From Candidatus Magasanikiibacteriota bacterium (GTDB lineage: Bacteria; Patescibacteriota; Patescibacteriia; Magasanikbacterales; UBA922): a DNA stretch of 64,000 nt. Where the stretch lies: positions 45,434-109,433 of the forward strand of contig JAKITS010000001.1 of the NCBI GenBank assembly GCA_021648085.1, given 5' to 3'. A model generated the notes under the pieces. It was not told the origin of the DNA, ran no database searches, and saw only the letters and a program-made list of their open reading frames with translations. Below are positions 60,843-64,000 of the stretch, one piece after another (within the stretch, counting starts at the first letter, position 1; every line of letters begins with the position of its first letter). Both the position numbers and the translations under genes were made by a program.

Positions 60843-60915
60843 AGAATAATTTAGAAAATATAAAAATATTTTTTAAATCATCTTCATCAATTCTGATGAA
60901 GAACTGCTTTGGGTG
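60843..60915 (+). promoter_or_regulatory. conserved upstream module with perfect palindrome tcttcatca-attc-tgatgaaga (60881-60902); paralogous copy at 63090-63160
   Basis: ~70 nt shared with 63090-63160; the palindrome shows a compensatory T:A->C:G change between copies. Confidence 0.55.
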
Positions 60916-60983
60916 AAAGCTCAAAATAGTGTTCGTGTTTTTTACAAACCATAATAATACTCACAATTCCTGAGGAGGAAAAA

Positions 60984-62504
60984 ATGAGCAAGGACAATGA
61001 CAATAATCACGGTTCGGAAATTTTGGAACTTGAAGTTGGTGGGGCTGACCTCCTTTTCAATGAAGGGGAGGCAGAAGATGTTGTCGACGCTTTGGCGGAG
61101 ACGACACTTGTAAATGCAGTTGTGGAAGAAGATGTTTCTTTCACAGTCATTCCCAGCCGAGACCAAGAAGAGGAGATTCAAAACCTCCTCGGAGCTCTAG
61201 GGAAAACAGGTGAGGAGTCTCCAGAAGACTCACTTCAAGCTTTCTCCAAAAGTGGGGATGACGAGGAGTGGAAACCTGCAGTAGTGGTGGAGGCTGAGAA
61301 GTCTACCACCAAAAAACAGGCAGCTGGAGCTCACCAAAAAGTAGAGGTTTTTTCCTCCAAAAAAATCCCGATAGGAACTCCAATTGGACTTCCTCATGGG
61401 AATACTCCCAGAATCCGAAAGGATTTGGGTGGGGTGCAGGAGATCTTGAGGGAGGATGGAACATCCAAACTCAAGGCTGTTCCTATGGATGGGAATACTT
61501 TAACAGCTCCTGTCACGGAGTTGTCGGAGTCTGCACAAGAGGAAGAGTTTTTCAAAGGTGGTGACACTCCACCAAAAGGCTTCAAAGCTGTTCAAAAAGA
61601 TGGTGAAAATCGTCTTGGAGATACATGGGTCGATGAAGATCCATCGTGGTTCGACCGAAACAGCTCAAGCATTTTGGGGTTTGGGATTATCGCTATTGTG
61701 GCGGTAATTCTTTCACTGGTGTTTTTGACTTTGGACATAGCCAAAGCTCCAAACCTCTCGACAGAGGAGCAGACCGCCGAAAAGTCGATAAGTTCCGAAA
61801 AACTCTTTCCTCCCACTTCAGATTCTTCTTCGGAAGAGGAGAAATGGACAGAGGAGGAAAAGAGAAACTTGGAGTCGGAAAAGGCTTTGTCACTTGCTGA
61901 GGAGAATCGCGAAAAGGCAGAAGATCTAGCAGAAGAGTTAGTTTCTTCCGCTACGAGCGCATCTCCAACTACCTCTCCTATTGGATTGGGAAGTACTACA
62001 GGAGCTCTTGATGTGGTGACAACAACAATCGGTGATGATTCTTCGAAAGAGGAAGTCGTTGTTGAAGTCAAAGAAGAAGTTGACTATTCCGAAGCATATG
62101 AAAATATACAAGGAGAAGTTGGTGGACTCGCCGAAGATGTTGAACTGTTCGCAGTCGATGTTCTCGGTGCGATTTCTGAAACTACTTGGCTTACTGTACG
62201 CACTCAACTTGCTAAAGAGGGTTCCGTCGCCGAAACCGAGGAAACAGATTCAGATGATGATTTGGACATTGAGTTCGAAGTCTCTGATGAACCTTCGGGT
62301 GGTGGATATTTTGATATGTCCACAGACGAAATTCTCGCACTAGACTACACAAATCCTCGCGGTGAGGATGATTGTGTGGCTATTATGAGTAGAGCTGGAT
62401 CGGACGAAGTTGGTGAGTTCGAAGGTATGCTCTGTTGCAGAAATCTCCAGATTCTTTCTGGAAAAGATGTGACAGATTGTCAAATTAGAGTGGAAAACTT
62501 TTAG
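60984..62504 (+). CDS. acidic single-pass membrane protein with novel C-terminal Cys domain (..DYTNP.GEDDC...GMLCCRNLQI...DCQIRV); visibly higher G+C than surroundings
   Basis: 506 aa; central TM 'ILGFGIIAIVAVILSLVFLTL'; C-terminal ~55 aa shared with 63209..63739. Confidence 0.5.
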   Translation: MSKDNDNNHGSEILELEVGGADLLFNEGEAEDVVDALAETTLVNAVVEEDVSFTVIPSRDQEEEIQNLLGALGKTGEESPEDSLQAFSKSGDDEEWKPAVVVEAEKSTTKKQAAGAHQKVEVFSSKKIPIGTPIGLPHGNTPRIRKDLGGVQEILREDGTSKLKAVPMDGNTLTAPVTELSESAQEEEFFKGGDTPPKGFKAVQKDGENRLGDTWVDEDPSWFDRNSSSILGFGIIAIVAVILSLVFLTLDIAKAPNLSTEEQTAEKSISSEKLFPPTSDSSSEEEKWTEEEKRNLESEKALSLAEENREKAEDLAEELVSSATSASPTTSPIGLGSTTGALDVVTTTIGDDSSKEEVVVEVKEEVDYSEAYENIQGEVGGLAEDVELFAVDVLGAISETTWLTVRTQLAKEGSVAETEETDSDDDLDIEFEVSDEPSGGGYFDMSTDEILALDYTNPRGEDDCVAIMSRAGSDEVGEFEGMLCCRNLQILSGKDVTDCQIRVENF

Positions 62505-62518
62505 GAGGTGAGTAAAAT

Positions 62519-62558
62519 CGACCGATTGTGAATATAGAAATATATCCACAATCGGTCG
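62519..62558 (+). terminator. terminator hairpin (12-bp stem cgaccgattgtg / cacaatcggtcg)
   Basis: read in sequence right after stop codon. Confidence 0.6.
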
Positions 62559-62575
62559 TAAACTACATTTTAGAC

Positions 62576-62604
62576 TTGACAAAAGTATAAAAATGTGGTA
62601 TAGT
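62576..62604 (+). promoter_or_regulatory. consensus sigma70 promoter TTGACA-N17-TATAGT reading into the repeat array
   Basis: exact -35 hexamer, 17-bp spacer, near-consensus -10. Confidence 0.6.
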
Positions 62605-62642
62605 TATATATTGATTTTTAAATAGAAAAGTGAAACATTTGC

Positions 62643-63080
62643 GAGATATTTCGACTCCGTTTCACTGCGCTCAATATGACGTAAAATAGTCATGTCATCC
62701 TGAGCGGAACAAAGTAAAGTCGAATGGATCTCGAGACAATATCACTTTTTCACACGTCATCCTGAGCGAAGCCGAAGGATCTCGAAACAGAATCACAGAG
62801 TATAAACATTAAAAATCACACACGTCATCCTGAGCGAAGTCGAAGGATCTCGAAACAGAATCACAGAGTACAAACATTAAAAACCACACACGTCATCCTG
62901 AGCGAAGTCGAAGGATCTCGAAACAGAATCACAGAGTACAAACATTAAAAACCACACACGTCATCCTGAGCGAAGTCGAAGGATCTCGAAACAGAATCAC
63001 AAAGTACAAACATTAAAAACCACACACGTCATCCTGAGCGAAGTCGAAGGATCTCGAAACAGAATCACAGAGTATAAAAG
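62643..63080 (+). repeat. repeat-family array: reverse copy (62643-62681), variant forward copy (62694-62752), then 5 tandem 68-bp units (62753-63080)
   Basis: period 68 bp (not a multiple of 3); units differ by only 1-3 SNPs, i.e. the inter-repeat segments are identical rather than spacer-like. Confidence 0.85.
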
Positions 63081-63127
63081 AAAAAAGTGAGAATTGTTTA
63101 GAAAATATAAAAATATTTTTTAAACAA

Positions 63128-63149
63128 TCTTCACTAATTCTGGTGAAGA
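63128..63149 (+). promoter_or_regulatory. palindrome tcttcacta-attc-tggtgaaga (paralogous operator-like site)
   Basis: see 60881-60902. Confidence 0.5.
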
Positions 63150-63208
63150 AGTTCATTCCATATTATTTCATTCCTTTCCTTTCCTTCTTTTTTTCACGTT
63201 TTTAAAGC

Positions 63209-63739
63209 GTGAAGGAGAAAACAATGTCCGAAGAAAAAAAAGAAAAAAAAGAACAAGAAGAACAAGAAGAACAAGAACAAAAAGAACAAGAAGAACAAGA
63301 AGAACAAGAAGAAGAGAGGGAGGTGGAGACACCTCTCAAGGAGAAAAAGACAATAAATTGGATTTGGGGAGCGCTTGCCATTTGGGCAAGTGTTCTCGTG
63401 ATTTGGGGATTGGCGAGTATTTTCTCCTCGGACGATGAGTTCGTAGAGAAAGAGTCGTCACCGCCGCCACCAGTGGTAGTGGCAACAACTTCAATCCCAA
63501 CTCCAATTTTATTACCTCCAACACCTATTGTGGTGAACGGGGTATGCTCATATCTTCCGGATTATACAAATCCCGGAGATGAGGACTGGTGCGTGAAAGT
63601 CGCACAGGAGGCAAAGAGACTTTGTTCTGGCGAAGATGCAGAATTCTACGGCATGCTTTGCTGTAGGAATTTGCAGATTAAAATCGACGACGATGTCGTC
63701 GATTGTCAGATTCGAGTCTCTAGTGTTTTTTATAGATAA
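63209..63739 (+). CDS. acidic (EEQ-repeat) single-pass membrane protein with the same C-terminal Cys domain (paralog of 60984..62504)
   Basis: 'DYTNPGDEDWC...YGMLCCRNLQIKIDDDVVDCQIRV'; TM 'WIWGALAIWASVLVIWGLASIF'; Pro-rich linker. Confidence 0.5.
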   Translation: MKEKTMSEEKKEKKEQEEQEEQEQKEQEEQEEQEEEREVETPLKEKKTINWIWGALAIWASVLVIWGLASIFSSDDEFVEKESSPPPPVVVATTSIPTPILLPPTPIVVNGVCSYLPDYTNPGDEDWCVKVAQEAKRLCSGEDAEFYGMLCCRNLQIKIDDDVVDCQIRVSSVFYR

Positions 63740-63753
63740 GGAGGAATGAAAAC

Positions 63754-63786
63754 AGCCAGATTTGTGATTTCTCACAAATCTGGCTG
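63754..63786 (+). terminator. terminator hairpin cagccagatttgtga-tttc-tcacaaatctggctg
   Basis: read in sequence after stop. Confidence 0.6.
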
Positions 63787-63803
63787 TAAAATACTTTTTA
63801 CAC

Positions 63804-63832
63804 TTGACAAAAGTTAGAAAGTATGCTATTAT
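63804..63832 (+). promoter_or_regulatory. sigma70 promoter TTGACA-N17-TATTAT reading into next repeat copies
   Basis: same CACTTGACAAAAGT context as 62573-62586. Confidence 0.55.
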
Positions 63833-63892
63833 CTTATATTATTTAAAAAGTGAAAATTATTATTAAAATTTTGAGTTAAAGTGAATTGGTTG

Positions 63893-64000
63893 CGAGATAT
63901 TTCGACTCCGTTTCACTCCGCTCAATATGACGTAAAATAGTTGCATCATCCAAAAAAATAGAAATTATCTTAAAGAAATATTTTGCAACACGTCATCCTG
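63893..64000. repeat. repeat-family copies (reverse copy 63893-63932; forward copy begins 63989, truncated by window end)
   Basis: gagatatttcgactccgtttcactccgctcaatatgacgt ... cacgtcatcctg. Confidence 0.75.

Noticed and set aside
61394-62582. Several antisense ORFs (61592..62071, 61938..62207, 62340..62582 and others) in the G+C-richer gene
   Set aside because: Expected spurious open frames in locally GC-richer sequence; they overlap a gene with clear TM and conserved-domain structure
62753-63080. Possible CRISPR array (regularly spaced ~36-bp repeat with ~32-bp interspaces downstream of a promoter)
   Set aside because: The interspace sequences are identical between units (only 1-3 SNPs), so they are not distinct spacers; the whole 68-bp unit is tandemly repeated; no cas genes in window

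Overview
This is a low-G+C, AT-rich bacterial chromosome segment whose gene content and architecture look like a Candidate Phyla Radiation (Patescibacteria/Saccharibacteria-like) genome. I infer this from small housekeeping proteins with K/E-rich tails, a compact cell-division/translation core and sparse metabolism; the assignment is not proven. Housekeeping genes I recognise from motifs: smc, rpsP, a KH-domain protein, tRNA-Val/Ile, lepB, hisS, rpsU-yqeY, ybeY-dgkA-ftsA-ftsZ-nrdR, pyk, ppsA, an ECF sigma/anti-sigma pair, clpP, nrnA, an Hsp20 small heat-shock protein, a VanW-like protein, comFC, infC-rpmI-rplT, and smpB with an adjacent tmRNA. Accessory content comes next. (i) A type IV secretion-like module at 2.7-6.3 kb: a PrgI/VirB3-like protein, VirB4 split into an N-domain ORF and an ATPase ORF, and a VirB8-like NTF2 protein. 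(ii) At 25.8-40.5 kb, a 667-aa and a 3395-aa cysteine-rich giant surface protein share a VirB2/TrbC-pilin-like N-terminal membrane domain. The giant one carries many CGDG/CGNG 'Myxococcus-type' cysteine-rich repeats. Three membrane proteins with thrombospondin-type-3 (DxDxDG) calcium-binding repeats follow. I think this is the most likely 'undescribed system': a T4SS-pilin-anchored giant adhesin apparatus. (iii) A dispersed intergenic repeat family (core CACGTCATCCTGAGCG..GGATCTCG) sits at six loci. One locus is a 5-copy 68-bp tandem array immediately downstream of a consensus TTGACA-N17-TATAGT promoter. (iv) A duplicated, visibly G+C-richer module at 60.6-64 kb encodes two acidic membrane proteins sharing a novel C-terminal Cys domain. 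Each has a conserved upstream palindrome showing a compensatory base change. (v) tRNA-3'-end-derived tandem elements lie downstream of two tRNA-Ser genes and tRNA-Asp; the tRNA-Asp one is next to an HNH-like gene. All coordinates are hand-counted and may be off by a few bases.
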